From contig DAHVWT010000002.1 of the NCBI GenBank assembly GCA_027327915.1, positions 1 to 61,606 of the forward strand: a stretch of DNA of 61,606 nt, in the 5' to 3' direction. How positions within the stretch are numbered: position 1 is the stretch's first letter; every line of letters starts with the position of its first letter. Positions 57,992 to 61,606 of the stretch are shown in pieces. The position numbers and the translations under genes were made by a program. The DNA comes from Elusimicrobiota bacterium (GTDB taxonomy: Bacteria > Elusimicrobiota > Elusimicrobia > UBA1565 > UBA9628). The notes under the pieces are model-generated. The model was not told the DNA's origin. It ran no database searches and saw only the letters and a list, made by a program, of their open reading frames with translations.

Positions 57992-59128
57992 CTACGAGCC
58001 CTTGAGCATCCGCGAAAGCTCCTCTCCATAGCGGAGGCGCTTGGCGGGGCTCAGGGCGGAGAGGCAGTCGGCCTCCCCCCGCGCGACGCGGGAGGCGAGC
58101 TCCCGAAGGACGGAGCCCGAGAGCACCGCGGCCGGATCGAGGCCCTCCGCCTCGGCGCGGGTTTTGCGCCAAAGCTTGAGGTCTCCCAGGAGCTTGCGCT
58201 CCCTTGCGCTCATGCGCTCCGAGGGCTCCCGTTCGGGCCTGGCGGGAGCCGGCAGGTGCCTGGCGTTATGGACGATCTCGAGGATTTTCCCCGAATAGCG
58301 CTGACGCAGGTATTCCGAGAAGCCCGGGACTTTCGCGAGCTCCTCTTTCGTGCGAGGAGCGGCGACCGCGATTTTGAGCAAAAGATGATCCGGCATGATC
58401 CGGAAGCTCGCCCGGTCGCGCCGCTCGGCCTCCCGCTCCCGAAAAAGATAGAGATCCCTTAGAATGGGAAAGGCCGCGTCGGGGGCCGCGGAGCGGCCGC
58501 GGATGTCCCACCATCCCTCCGGGTCAAAGCCTCGAGACTGGGGGCCCGTCTCGGTCAGATCCTGGAAGGCTTCCCGGGCCTCCTCGAGGCGGCCCGCCTG
58601 TGCGAGCTTCGCCTCCAGGTTTTCGGAGAGCCTGAGGAGATAGTGCGTGTCCATTTGGGCGTATCGGACCTGCTCGGCCGACAGCGGCCGACATCCCCAG
58701 TCCGCCTTCTGGAATTTCTTCGAGAGCTTGACCGAGAAATGCGCCTCGATGAGCTTGGCGAGGCCCAGTTCCTTGAAGCCCAGGAGCCTTCCCGCGATCA
58801 TCGTGTCGAAGAGATTGACGAACTCGAAGCCGTAGTCGCGCTTCAAGCACATGACGTCGTATTCTCCCGCGTGAAAGACCTTCTCGATCGACGCGTCGGC
58901 GAGGAGCGGGCGCAGGGGCTCGAGATCCTTGACCGCCAAGGGATCGACGATGTAGTCGCGATCGATGGTCGAGATCTGGATCAGGCAGACCCGCTCTCTC
59001 CAGGCGTAGAAGCCGTTCGACTCCGTGTCGATCGCGAGCCTGGGGGAAGAACGGAAATCCTCCGCGGCCTCCCTCAGCTCCGCCTCCGTCGTGATGAAGA
59101 TCGGAGGCAGGACGGCGGCGGTTGTCAT
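57992..59128 (-). CDS. rnd: Ribonuclease D-like 3'-5' exonuclease with HRDC domains
   Basis: AIDTE, CLIQIS, KVFHA, FDT, DW..RPL, YAQMDT. Confidence 0.9.
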   Translation of the reverse strand: MTTAAVLPPIFITTEAELREAAEDFRSSPRLAIDTESNGFYAWRERVCLIQISTIDRDYIVDPLAVKDLEPLRPLLADASIEKVFHAGEYDVMCLKRDYGFEFVNLFDTMIAGRLLGFKELGLAKLIEAHFSVKLSKKFQKADWGCRPLSAEQVRYAQMDTHYLLRLSENLEAKLAQAGRLEEAREAFQDLTETGPQSRGFDPEGWWDIRGRSAAPDAAFPILRDLYLFREREAERRDRASFRIMPDHLLLKIAVAAPRTKEELAKVPGFSEYLRQRYSGKILEIVHNARHLPAPARPEREPSERMSARERKLLGDLKLWRKTRAEAEGLDPAAVLSGSVLRELASRVARGEADCLSALSPAKRLRYGEELSRMLKGS

Positions 59129-59212
59129 GCGGCTGCCCTCTAAGGATGCGTCTTCGCGAATAGCCAACGTCCATAGTTTATATAATTTGGACATCGGCCT
59201 CGCCGTCTTTTC

Positions 59213-61606
<2,394 letters not shown>

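Overview
GC-rich bacterial chromosomal window, mostly housekeeping genes. An Elusimicrobiota-like origin is an inference from the kelch/T9SS-like CTD protein, the PorV/PorQ-like gene and the HEAT-repeat surface proteins. The left edge is the end of an integrated element: a partial tyrosine recombinase followed by a tRNA-Cys 3' fragment (att site). Core genes include a tRNA nucleotidyltransferase, prc, a full SUF operon with an Rrf2 regulator, pterin enzymes, malic enzyme/pyk/cutA/maf, an RND efflux system, groES/groEL with CIRCE-like sites, exbB/exbD/tonB, rnd and a partial secA. The best candidate for an undescribed system is the tightly coupled minus-strand operon at 12721-20098: HTH response regulator, ThDP enzyme, O-methyltransferase, orphan family-5 binding protein, cupin and hybrid histidine kinase, with a divergent double-receiver gene. 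Its layout resembles a small-molecule synthase plus cognate receptor (quorum-sensing-like) circuit. Other notable items are a decamer-built palindromic repeat present twice (once encoding a signal peptide), an orphan ParA with a small partner ending in a MinD-like amphipathic helix, a tandem-PC4 protein, and several apparently leaderless transcripts. All calls come from reading motifs by eye; no database searches were run.
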